Source: Blastocladiella emersonii ATCC 22665 (lineage: Eukaryota > Fungi > Blastocladiomycota). From it: a stretch of DNA of 64,000 nt. The stretch is from the NCBI GenBank assembly GCA_025594325.1, contig JANHCV010000012.1, forward strand, positions 1,391,091 to 1,455,090, given 5' to 3'. Positions 53,614 through 64,000 of the stretch are shown piece after piece (position 1 is the stretch's first letter; every line of letters begins with the position of its first letter). Below the pieces are notes generated by a model, which was not told the origin of the DNA, did not search any database, and saw only the letters and a program-made list of their open reading frames with translations. The translations under genes and the position numbers were made by a program.

Positions 53614-55420
53614 CTAGCAGCTCCCCGCCTCGCCGTCGCCGCCCGCGCGAAGGCAGTCCCACCAGGCCGCGACGCGCTCGCCAAAGGAAAGGTTCTCAAA
53701 CGACCGGGACCAGTCCTCGAGGGCACCGTTGCCCATGGCGCGGGTCTGCGCCGAGATCGTGTCGGACGAGGCCGGCGGGTACAGGAGGCCCTGGGTAACG
53801 TGGGACTCGGCCATGGCGAGGAACTCGCTAAAAGAGAGCCGGCCATCGCCTACAAACGAGCAAAGGACAAGTGAGAGAGGCTTCTCGCGAGTCGGCGACA
53901 AGGTGGACGTACCGTTCAGGTCAAAGAGGCTGACGATCACGTCAAGCTGATAAGGGCTCAACTTGACTTCACACGCATGGCACGCGCGATCAAACACCTC
54001 TACAAGACGAGTGGGCGACGAGGTGAGCCTTGAGCGACGACATTAGAGGTCCGAGTGACGTACGCTGCTCGAGCGAGCGGTCGCGCGGAACGTCCGCGTC
54101 GTTGACGTTGTACAGGATCCGCAGCGCGGCGCCGAACCGCTCCATCTGGTGCATGAGCGAGTCGAACGCGGCAAACTCCTGTAGCGAGAGGGTGGATCCG
54201 GCCGGGCCGTGTTTGGCCTCGATCTTGCGCAGCTGCTCCAGCATCACGTCGGGGTCGTTGCGCGGCCACGACAGGGCGAGGTACCACGCGAAATCGGACG
54301 CCGACATGGCGCCATCGCGCCGAGTCGCGTGGGCCGCGTACTGCACCGTACGCAGCGAGGACTGAACAGACTCGAGGAGCGCCGTGAATTCGCCGAGCGT
54401 GAAGGCCGACTGATCTGCTGAGATTACGGTCCCAATCAGCGGCGCAGCCCACTCTTCCGCCGCCACATCAGATCGCGAGGCGGGAGTGCCGGTAAACGAA
54501 ATGGTCGAGAGTGCGCTGCGCATCTCGGCAAGCGACAGCGTTTCGTTGTGGTTGCCATTGAACAGGCGGAAAGCGAGCGTGTAAGCCGATATGGGCGTGG
54601 TCAGGAGCCGCTTGAGCGTGTCGAACTCGCACGGGCCGAGCCGACCGTCGGTGCGGCCCGAGGCGCGCGAGGCGGCCTCAGCGAGGGAAGCGATGACGCG
54701 CACGTCTGACTCGGGAAGTCGCGAGCTCGGCAGCGCTCGGGCCAGGGCGCGCATGGCGCCATCGGCGGTAAGCGTCGCGGGATCGTCCTCGCCAGCATAG
54801 CGGCGCGCGTACAGCGAGAAGAGCGACGCGCCGCCCCGCGTGGCGAGGTACTGAATCCGCTCCGCCGTGATACGATCCGCGTGCCCGTCATCTACGGCAG
54901 CGATTGACGACGACTCGGGCCCGTTCTCGCCCCCATGAGCGACGTTATGATCGCGGTGGCGCGAGAAGGGCCAGAAGCCCTCGGCGTGTACACCACGGGA
55001 CGAGGACTGCGGCAGCGCGTCGCGGATCGATGCGGTACCCGGGGCAATACGTTCATCCGAGCCGCCGTCTCGCGGTGCGTACGAGGTGGAGCCCCCGCGG
55101 TGAGGCGAGAAGCGATACCACCAAAGCTCCGACGTGATGCCAAAGAGGACCGAGATCACGCACACGGCCGCCCAGACAGGAGAGCCGCGGCGCTTGGCGC
55201 GCGGTGCGGGCGGCGCGGGACCGGTCTGAGCTGCTCCGAGAGCGTTGCCTGGCTTCTTCACGTCGCCGCCGTCGCCCGGCGAGTGCGGCGGTGGCGGGGG
55301 CGGCGGCGCCGTCGCAAGGGCCCGCGCGAGGCCCAACCGGGTCGCCGGTGGCGGCACCGTGCGCCGGGCAGCAGCAGAACGCAAGACGTGGAGGCGTGTG
55401 AGCCGATACATTTGCTTCAT
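53614..55420 (-). CDS. Mitochondrial EF-hand protein, MICU1-like
   Basis: Arg-rich presequence and one N-terminal hydrophobic helix. EF-hand-like AFRLFNGNHNETLSLAEM and LDVIVSLFDLNG|DGRLSFSEFLAM. No carrier domain. Introns ~54005-54050 and ~53850-53910. Confidence 0.6.
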
Positions 55421-55926
55421 GGACTTGCAGGGAGAGAGAGAGAAGAAGCTGATGTGGCGAACGGCGCGCCTGATGAAGGGGCGCGCGCCCCTCCGGCCTT
55501 CCTCCTCCCGTCACCACTCAATGAAACGAAACTCTCTGCAATGTATCGAGAACCATGCGCAGGCCTCTAGGCTTGCGGCACTCGGATGGGCCTGTCGCGC
55601 GCGATCGGCGCGCCGCCGCACCTGTCCTCCCTCCTCGTTTCGCGCTGGCCGCCGCCGATCTTCCCGCATGACCATGCGCACGCGTCCGTCGCGTCTCGGA
55701 TGAGCGTGTTGCTCTCCCGTGCTCCTCTCTGTAACGAGCGGCCGCCGAGATGTGCATTGCCTCGCGCCCGTTCGCGCCCGCCGCGTTCAAGCAGCCGTCG
55801 TACGTGACACTTGTCAGCTCGCACTAGCACTCGGATCGCGCGATCCTCATTCCTCGCACCCGTTTGTGAACTTGGTAGGAGTCCAATCATACATTTTGCG
55901 TCACACCCCTTCACGCAGGGACAGGC

Positions 55927-58900
55927 GGCGGCTCTGACGCGCGTCGCTGCGCGGCCATCAGCAAGACGCGTTTGCGCCGCTCGAGCACATCGGCAACGAC
56001 CTGTGGGACGGGCTCGTTGCCGCGAGAACGTCCAAGGAGCTATCCCGCGCGCGTCGCACACGGCGCTGCTCGCCCTGTTCACGCCGTGCCTGCGCACGCG
56101 GTCCGCGCCCGCGTCGTGGAAGACGGGCCTCATCTACCTGATCCCCAAGACGAGCGCCGGGTTCACGGGCAACGCGACCAACTCGCGCCCCATCACGCTG
56201 CTCGAGACCGCCTCCAAAGTGCTCATGAAGATCCTGCTCGAGCGCATGCACCCGGTCCTGCGCGAGCACGACGTCCTGCAGGGCGCGCGGTACTCGGCGC
56301 TCCCGGGCACCGACACGGCGACGCCGATCGCGATCCTGCACGCCGCCGCGCTCAAGGCGCGCACGGAGGACGGTCCGCTGTGGGCCTACTTCGGGGACAA
56401 GTCCAAGGCGTTCGACTCGGTTCCGCACGCCCTGCTCAAGCGCGCCATGCGGCGCATGCTACACGGGCGCACCGCGCGCGTGCTCGCGGCGTACGGCCCG
56501 TCGGACGAGGTCCGCATCGAGCGCGGGTTCCCGCAGGGCGCCGTCGAGTTGCCCCTGCTGTGAACCTGTGCGAGATCAACCGGCTCACGGTCGAGGCGGG
56601 CGACGCCGACCACGACGAGGACGCGCGCGGGTTCGGCATCACGCTCGAGGCCGGGTCGGGACTGCGCCACGTCGGGCCCAACCGCGGGTTTGCGGTGCCG
56701 CCGTTCACGTTTCGCGCGTCGCACCGCCAGCTCGACACGCTCCGCGTCGCCGCCGTCGCCTACATGGACGACGCCGTTTTCTATGCATCGGACCGCGACC
56801 ACCTGCAACGCATCGTCGATATCGTGGACGACTTCAACGAGCTCACGCGCATCAACGCGAACCCGGCAAAGGGTGCGGTCCTCCGCATGCTCTCCAAGTG
56901 GGACGGCGGCGCGCTCACGGGCGGGCCCAACGACCCGCGGAACGCGCCCATCGTCGTGCGCGGTGTCTCCGTCCCCTGGGTCGGCAAGTCGTCCCGCTAC
57001 CTGGGCGTGTTCATTGACCACGCCATGCTCGGCCGCGAAGCAGCCAATACGTGCCTCGCCCTGCTCAAGGACCGCCGCATCACGGGCAAGGCCGCTGTGT
57101 ACCTGCTCAATGCCGTCTTCTTCCCGGCCGCGGCGTACCGCTCGCTGTTCCACGTGCCGTCGCTCGCGCAGCTCGACCGCATCGGCCAGTCGGCGCGCGC
57201 GCTCGTGCGCCGCAAGTACAAGCTGCCCAACACGTTCCCCACGGCCATGCTGCACGACCGCGACATCATCGGCCTGCATTCGCTCGCCGACCTGATCACG
57301 CAGCAGCACGTCACCGACCTGTGCGTGATGCTCAACGACCCGCGCCCGCACGGCGTGCCTGCGCGCTACGAGCTCAGCATCCTCCAGTTCCAGACGCAGT
57401 GCGCGTTCTCGCCGCTCGAGCGGCCCGACCTCGCGCTCGTGCTCATGTCCAGCCAGCTGCCGTGCGTGTGGTTCGACAACGTGGTGCTGCTCACGCGGCG
57501 GCGCAAGTTGTCGATCGTGGACCGCCGCCGCGACTACAACCTCATCGTCGCCGGCAACTGCATGCCCACGGTCCTCGTCGTGCCCGAGATGACGGTGCGC
57601 GGCAAGAGGAACCAGGACCGCGTCTGGACCAAGAACCTGATCCGGTTGCTGCCCCTGTACACGCTCGAGACGCTGCTCGAGTACCCGCCCGACAACGACG
57701 ACGGCCTCATCGGGCGCAAGTACACGCTGCCGATGCTCCGCCGCATGGAGACCAAGGACGTGCAGCAGCTCGTCAAGAAGTTCCGCGTGCCGCTCACGGA
57801 AAAGGGCAACGCGCACATGAACGCCGACGACCGCCGCGTCGCCCGGATCCTGCTCGACGTGGCGAACCGCAACCACGCCCGGATCACGGACATCAGTCAT
57901 GGCCGGGAAATGTACCCGCCCGCGCCGCCCATGGACGACGATCCGCCCGCGCCCGCCGGCGCGCCGCCGCTCGTCTTCCGCCACACCCGCCCCCGCCGCG
58001 CCGCCGCGCCCGTCGATCCTGTCCGCGCCGTCGGGTCTGAGATCCTCCCACCCTGGGCAACATCGTCGCCGCGTACGCGGACGGCTGGTACGACGCGGAC
58101 CGCCCGGGCCCCGAGGGCGTCGCACGCGCGGGCTCCGCCGCCGTGTTCCCGCTGCCCGACGGCTACGACACGGCCACACGCTTTGCTGCCGACTGCCGCG
58201 CGGCCGCCAACGGCGTCACGGACGACGACGTGGGCCACATCGCCGCCGCCAAGCTGCCGCCCGGCCCGTTCTCGTCGACGCCCGCCGAGATCCACGCGTT
58301 CGTCCTCGCCGTGTCGCAGGTCGCCGCCGGGACCGCGCTGCACGTCTACTCGGACTCGCAGGCCGCCATCGAGGCCGCGCACACGCAGCTCTCGCTGACG
58401 GCGACGGTGCGCCAGCGCGTCCGGTGCGCGTCGAGAGACCTGTGGTCCGCGCTCCGCCACGCGCTGCGCGACCGCAACGTCAAGGTCACCTTCTCGTGGG
58501 TCCGCGGCCAGGCCGACGATCCGACCACGCCCAACAACGCCGCCAACTGCGCCGCCAAGGCCGCGGCGAACCAGCTATCCGCCACCGATGCGTACTTTTC
58601 GAAACGCACGCGCGCCGGGTCGGACCTCCACCACGTCCCCGACTTTTTTCGACCACGAGATTGGCGGCGACCCGCGCAAGTTCATGCGCGACCTCGCGCA
58701 GGCCGAGTGCCGCGACGCGGTGCTCGCCGAGAACGTAGCGTACCTCGAGCTCGCGCAGCCGCCGCCGCCCGCGCCCGAGCCTGGACCCGCCAACGCCGCT
58801 GCGGCCGCTGCTGTGTTCGCGACCCGCGTCGCGGCGATCCCTGCCTGGGCAATCGCGCGCCGCGACGCAAAGGAGGTCGGCCAGCCGATCCCGGGCGAGG

Positions 58901-59254
58901 ACGCGCTGCTGCCGCCTCTCGACTTGCCCGCCGCCGCCGCGGCCCGCCTGTCCGCCTGCGCCATCACGCGGGGCGCGGTACACGCGTGTCGCGAGTTCTT
59001 GGGCAGCCCGGCCGCCGCCGCCGCCGCGACCGTGCTCCACCCGCTCCCGTCCCCGCGCCGCCTCGCCGCTCAGCTGTACGACGCCGCCGCGTCGCTGCTG
59101 CGCTCGCGCATGTGGGTGCTGTTCGTCAAGTCCCAGGCCGACGCCCGGGTCCAGACGCCGCACCGCAACGCTCGGTACCGCCGCCGCCGCACCAAACGAG
59201 TGCACCCGCTCGCGCCCGCGCGCCAGCGCCCACGCGTTGAGACCCGCGACCACC
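55927..59254 (+). mobile_element. Decayed, 5'-truncated non-LTR retrotransposon (RT + RNase H)
   Basis: RT motifs WKTGLIYLIPK, RPITLLE, DKSKAFDSV, GFPQG, YMDD (56761-56772) and RYLGV. RNase H motifs AYADG, SSTPAEI, VYSDSQAA, WVRGQ. TGA at 56561 and frameshifts near 56565, 58060 and 58650. No endonuclease or poly(A) seen. Confidence 0.9.
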
Positions 59255-60207
59255 CGCAGGGCCAGGCCCGCGCCGACGTCGGGCTCGTTGGCGACACGTT
59301 TGCGCTCGCCGCCGCCGGGTACACGTTGACGGTCGACGCGCTCCAGCTGCTCCGCCATTTCGCCAACGAGCGCGAGTACATTGCCCTCAACGCCGTGGCC
59401 GAGAAGCTCGCGCACGTCAAGACGGTGTGGGCGCTCAAGGGCGACGCGGTCAACGACCAGCTCGCGGCGCTGTCGCGCACCATCTTCGCGCCCACAGCGG
59501 ACCGCGTCGGGTGGGACTTCCCCGAGGGCGAGTCGCAGCTTGACGCGCTGCTCCGCCAGCTCGTCGTGTCGGTGGCCGGGCTCAACGGCGACAAGGAGGT
59601 GGTGGCCCAGGCCAAGGCGCGCTTCGCCCGGTTCGTCCAGGGCGACGCCACGGCCGTGCACCCGAACCTGCGCGGTGCCGTGTACGCGATCGTGCTCAAG
59701 AACGCGGCCGTCGGCTCGCGCACCGAGTTCGACGCCGTCAAGGCCATCTGGGAGAACGAGCCCCTGTCGGCCGACCAGCGCCTCGCCGCGCTCGGCGCCC
59801 TCGGCCGCGTCCCCGACACCAAGCTCATGGCCGAGCTGCTCGAGTACTCGCTCAAGGGCGGCAAGGTGCGCCCGCAGGACTTCATGTACCCGCTGCGCTC
59901 GGTCGCGGGCAACCCCAAGGGCCGCGCGCTGGCGTGGAAGTTTGTCCAGGACAACTGGGCCCAGCTCGAGGCGCAGTTCAAGGGCTCGCTGTCGCTACTC
60001 GCGCACTGCGTCGGCATCGCCGCCGACTGGGCCGACGCCGAGTTCGCCGACCGCGAGGTCGAGGGCTTCTTCGCCGGCAAGGACACCAACCACGTCGTCG
60101 ACCGGGCCATCCAGCAGACGCTCGAGAAGATCCGCGCCCAGGCCACCTGGCTCAACCGCGACCGCGACGCCGTCGCCGCCTGGCTCGCCGCCAACGTCCA
60201 GAACTAG
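59255..60207 (+). pseudogene. Orphan C-terminal (ERAP1_C-like) domain of an M1/puromycin-sensitive aminopeptidase (Ape2-like)
   Basis: VGLVGDTFALAAAGY, RVGWDF..GES, VHPNLRGAVY, ALGALG, VRPQD, AWKFVQDNW, IQQTLEKIRAQATWLNRDRDAVAAWL. The catalytic GAMEN/HEXXH region is absent from the window. Confidence 0.85.
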
Positions 60208-60423
60208 GCCGATGCCGCGCTGGATCAGATCGAGATGAGGAGGAAGAAGAGTTTTGTAACGGTGCAATGTAAGAAAACGGATTGTGTTGAACAGTCGGCT
60301 ACGCAGCGACAAGAGAAGGAACAGCCCGCGCGTGGCGCGTGGCGACTGGCGCCGCGGCACCTCGCAATCCGCTCTCTCCCCGCCTCAGCGCTCCTCCATC
60401 CTCACGCCGAAGCACTTGCAGCA

Positions 60424-61182
60424 ATGGAATACAATGAACAGAAGCTACCTATTGAACTCCTCGAGTACATCTTGGTGCAGGCCGTCCAAGTCGACGACGA
60501 CGCCACCAACTACCCGGCCTACTTTGCCGTTCTGACGCCGCCCAGTCCGGCGCTCTGCGCGATCGCCAAGCACCGTCTTGAGAACGAGCTCGCCTCCGTC
60601 CTCTATGTCGCCGTAACGCAACCCCACCGCGACCTGCTCAAGCTGTGGCGCTACCTCAACCTGCCCGCACACCCTGAGCTCATGAAGCAGCTGGTCAACA
60701 GCGTCTGCCGCGACGGCCACGCCGACGTCCTCGGGTGGATCGTGCGCGCGAGCGGGCCCCTATCGGGCTACACCGTGCACGCCATGAACTTCGCGTCCAT
60801 GAACGGTCACTTCAACGTGCTCGAGTGGTGGAAGGCGTCGGGCAACCCGCCCATGTACTCGCAGCTTGCCTTCACGGGGCCCGCCAAGAATGGGGACGTC
60901 GCGGCGCTCCAGTGGTGGCGCGACTCGGGGCTGCACGTTGGCGGGTTCACGGACAAGATTATGGACGTGGCGTCCGAGTTTGGGCAGGTCGCGGTGCTCG
61001 AGTGGATGCTGCGTGAGTCCGGGTGGCCCGTCGAATACTCGGCGGCGGCGGTCGACGCGGCCGCGGCTGCTGGGCGAATCGAATTACTACGGTGGTGGAG
61101 CAGCTCAGGGCTCACGATCAAGGCGTCAGGGAAGGGGATCAACGAAGCGAGGAGACGCGGGCACGCTGCCGTCGTTGCGTGA
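60424..61182 (+). CDS. F-box-like N-terminus + ankyrin-like (xLEWW) repeat protein, copy 1 (premature stop)
   Basis: EQKLPIELLEYILVQAV, then repeats ASMNGHFNVLEWW, AKNGDVAALQWW, ASEFGQVAVLEW, AAAGRIELLRWW. TGA falls where copy 2 has Trp. Confidence 0.75.
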   Translation: MEYNEQKLPIELLEYILVQAVQVDDDATNYPAYFAVLTPPSPALCAIAKHRLENELASVLYVAVTQPHRDLLKLWRYLNLPAHPELMKQLVNSVCRDGHADVLGWIVRASGPLSGYTVHAMNFASMNGHFNVLEWWKASGNPPMYSQLAFTGPAKNGDVAALQWWRDSGLHVGGFTDKIMDVASEFGQVAVLEWMLRESGWPVEYSAAAVDAAAAAGRIELLRWWSSSGLTIKASGKGINEARRRGHAAVVA

Positions 61183-61517
61183 TGGCGAGAGGCGGGCCTG
61201 CCGGATCCAGACGCGTGAGCACCAGTTTTCGTCTGCTGCCGACGTCGCCCGCATCAGCACGGGTCCGAATACAACTGAGGGTCAGCTGGTTTCTCTCCCT
61301 TTGATTCGAAATGTCTCCCGATCTTGAAGTAGCTGCATGTGTACCCGACCTTTCAGAGCCGAACAGCGCACCCGCTCCGACCGACCGACCGCGTTGCGCC
61401 ACACTGGGCCGTCACGCAGCATCAGATGATCCGTGTCGAAGCTCTGCTCGGTGCGTCCCTCGCTCACGGCCAACAGCCGCGTGGCTCGCTCTCTTTCCTC
61501 CTGCAACGGACACAGCC

Positions 61518-62348
61518 ATGCAATCCAATGAACAAAGGCTACCCGCCGAGCCGATCGAGTCAATCCTTGCGCACGCCGTCCGACTTGATAGCGACGCTGC
61601 GCACCTTGCAGCATACTTTGCTGCGACATCGCCGCCTGGCCCCGCGCTTCGTGCACTTCTCAGGTCGCGACTCAAACAGCAACCCAGCTCCATCTTCGAC
61701 GCCGCCGTCGAATGCGGGAACGTCGCGATGCTTGACCTGTGGCGCGCACTTGGCGTACCGCTTCCCATCGATCCCACCTCTATTGCCAACGCGGCGAGCG
61801 AATACGGCCACACCAACGTTCTGACGTGGCTCGCCAGCTGGAACGGGACCGAACTCGAGTACAACGTGCACGCCATCGCGTTTGCATCGATCAAGAGCCG
61901 CACAAACGTGCTCGAGTGGTGGCGTACGTCAGGGTACCCGCTCAGGTTCACCCAACGCGCGATCCGCGGCGCTGCGCGCAACGGGCACATTGAGACGCTG
62001 CAGTGGTGGCGCGACTCGGGGCTCCTTGTTGACAAGATAACCTTGAACCTCATGGACGCCGCGTCCAAGGTTGATGTACTCGACTGGCTGCTGCGCGAGT
62101 CGAGGTGGCCCGCCTTGTACTCTGAGGCGGCCGCGGACGATGTCGCGGCTACTGGGCGGATCGACGTGCTGCGCTGGTGGCGCAACTCAGGCCTTCCACT
62201 CAAGGCGTCGACCAAGGGCATGGCGAGGGCGAGGAAACGCGGACGCGCTGATGTGATTGCGTGGTGGCACGAAGCGGGGCTTGCCGAGCTTGATGAGGAT
62301 ACTGCCACTGGTTTTGATTCTGAGTCCAAATCAATGTACTGGCGATGA
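61518..62348 (+). CDS. F-box-like N-terminus + ankyrin-like repeat protein, copy 2
   Basis: MQSNEQRLPAEPIESILAHAV, then ASEYGHTNVLTW, NVLEWWRTSG, ARNGHIETLQWWRDSGL, AATGRIDVLRWW. Colinear with copy 1. Confidence 0.75.
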   Translation: MQSNEQRLPAEPIESILAHAVRLDSDAAHLAAYFAATSPPGPALRALLRSRLKQQPSSIFDAAVECGNVAMLDLWRALGVPLPIDPTSIANAASEYGHTNVLTWLASWNGTELEYNVHAIAFASIKSRTNVLEWWRTSGYPLRFTQRAIRGAARNGHIETLQWWRDSGLLVDKITLNLMDAASKVDVLDWLLRESRWPALYSEAAADDVAATGRIDVLRWWRNSGLPLKASTKGMARARKRGRADVIAWWHEAGLAELDEDTATGFDSESKSMYWR

Positions 62349-63879
62349 GCAGTGAAGTGGATCTGTACTTGAGCAAACCGCTGGAGTTTGATCAGCAGCA
62401 AGAAGCAAGCCTGAGTCGAAACCAACTGACGCGAGCGACGGCATTCACGCGCTGCTTCAACAGCGCGGTCTACACTGACCGAGTTACCTCGGGCAAGCGG
62501 GTTGGGACCGCTGCGCGGGGATGAGCTATCTGATCTCAGCAGCGACTCGGTCGCGTACAAGATTCGCGAGTTCGCCAGCTAGATGAAGGGCAGGTTTGAG
62601 AGTGAGCAGCGGCAGCGATAGCCAAGATTGGCGGGGACGTCAAGGGGTTGCAGCACGTACTGCCACAAAACATAACAGGCGCGGCTGCAGCAAGGAGGTC
62701 GCGTTGGTAGTCGCGTGATGCTCGCTCAAGGCCGCAGCAGCCAATATCGCTGGGCGAAGCCAAAATTTTTCTGCGACAGGCTGATGCTTTTCCCAAGCTG
62801 CAGAGACCCGCGGGTGTATTGGTACGCGAAACGGCATCAAGCGATGAGTCCCCAAACGGTGCGCAGCGGCGCGTGTTTGTATTATTAAGCCGCAGACCAT
62901 CAAGTCGCGTGGAATGGCACGAACCAGTAGAGGGGCTTGGCAGTGTGCGCTTGAAGGCGTAGCAGGTCATGGATGTGTTTCGCAAAGAGCGTGAGATTGT
63001 GGTCGCGGCCAGCTTAGTTAGAGGTGCCCGAGTCCCGACGCCACGCAGCTAAGTATGAGGAGCTGGCCGTAAATGAGGTCTCGCCGATGAGCGCGAGCAC
63101 AGCATCGTGGTCTTCGCCCGCAACGAACGCGGCGACGGCGGGCCGTTACCATACACGCACGGAAGTGGCGCGTTAGGAGACTCAAGAAGCTGCAACGACA
63201 CGAACATGCACCACTCAGCCAGCCCATCGTCAACAGGGAGGACCTCAAGCGTGGTAGTAAACCCGTGATCACCCCCAAGGCGGGCCAACACGAACAGCGG
63301 GATGGGTGGCGCGGAACACAACAACACTTGCTTCGTATTCCTGCGTTTGCTGTGACACGTGTTTAGTGCACGAACATGGTGGAGTCGCACGCGAGCACGA
63401 CATCAGCAAGTTTGCAAACGCCACAATCGCCGCCGAACCCGCCCGCGGACCAGGATCTCCTTGCCAATCACGTCGTAACTCATTTGCATCAGGTTACATT
63501 GAGAGTAGTGATATCCAGTGTGTCGAACCAACAATGGAAGAGTCGAGTCCCGGAGTGACAGCGGCGCGAAGTCATTGGTCGGCAGGTGTGGCGCCGTTGG
63601 ATCACGCGATCGAACCGCCAGTCGCGTCAAGACGCGTCAGCCAGGAGATTTGGTAGATCGAATGCCGGCGAAGGCGATGAAGGGGGTCTGTTAAAGCTTG
63701 AGATTCATGTCACTGATTGCAACCAGACGATGCAACGGGATGCAGCTAGTGGCGAGGTGTGAAGATGAAAGACGGCGCTGGCTGGTCTGAAAATGCGCGC
63801 GAGCTTCGTTTCCGCAGCGACGGGTTCGCCGCTCAATCACACCCCGTCTGAACAGGACATTTTGGGTACAGATACGGGT

Positions 63880-63964
63880 GAAAGGAGAAGGAAAGAGGGA
63901 GGAAAAGGGGGAAGAGAAGGAGAGAAAGGAAGGGGGAGGGAGGGAGGGAGGGGGGAAGGGGGGA
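63880..63964 (+). repeat. 85-nt pure purine tract with G-quadruplex motif
   Basis: Only A/G from 63880 to 63964. GGGGG-A-GGG-A-GGG-A-GGG-A-GGGGGG-AA-GGGGGG at 63932-63963. Confidence 0.9.
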
Positions 63965-64000
63965 CACTTTGAACCGCCATATCTCCCTCGGCTTTTGTCC

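Noticed and set aside
55833-55846. Perfect 14-bp palindrome GGATCGCGCGATCC near the retroelement 5' end (also GCATCGCGATGC at 24181-24192)
   Set aside because: Isolated CG-rich palindromes are expected at this composition, with no repeated context.
56561-61182. TGA at Trp positions twice (RT 56561; ankyrin 61180) as evidence of UGA recoding or selenocysteine
   Set aside because: TGA is used as a normal stop in conserved genes here (NECAP, IFT70, MVD1), Trp is TGG elsewhere, and both cases are in decaying loci.
62345-62524. 59-aa ORF overlapping the ankyrin-2 stop (ATGA); SEVDLYLSKP resembles a hAT dimerisation motif
   Set aside because: It lacks the downstream DPLxWW motif, and no transposase core or TIRs are present.
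63879-63892. TGAAAGGAGAAGG resembling the U6atac 5' region
   Set aside because: It continues as low-complexity purine sequence without the rest of U6atac.
1-64000. CRISPR arrays, rRNA genes, spliceosomal snRNAs, LTRs
   Set aside because: No repeat-spacer array or diagnostic motifs seen, and the context is eukaryotic.

Overview
This is a GC-rich (~68-70% by eye), very gene-dense eukaryotic window with short GT-AG introns (mostly about 55-110 nt; donors GTACGY/GTATGY/GTGAG, branch CTRAC-like). The gene set combines flagellar genes (IFT70, NME7, JHY-like), animal-like genes lost in yeasts (CUL2, ZNF277, MICU-like, NECAP, TRAPPC13) and fungal genes (MET2, YRB30). This points to a zoosporic early-diverging fungus, probably Blastocladiomycota/Allomyces-like (inference). 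About 37 coding loci are recognisable. Most are housekeeping genes: RPL17, RPS6, MET2, POL5/MYBBP1A, RPC82, VPS71, HEM2, JMJD7, MVD1, TRM61 and a PPTase. Accessory material comprises two paralogous Thr-rich secreted proteins, a tandem array of 3-4 orphan single-TM proteins, a decayed RT+RNase H non-LTR retrotransposon fused in frame to an orphan aminopeptidase C-terminal domain, and two tandem F-box-like/ankyrin-like repeat genes. The best candidate for an undescribed system is a ~300-nt, extensively base-paired element with sense-strand G-U pairs. It lies in the anomalously long (569 nt) first intron of RPS6 and matches no ncRNA family I can recognise. No rRNA, intact tRNA or CRISPR array was found. 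All protein calls are motif recognition by eye, not database results.
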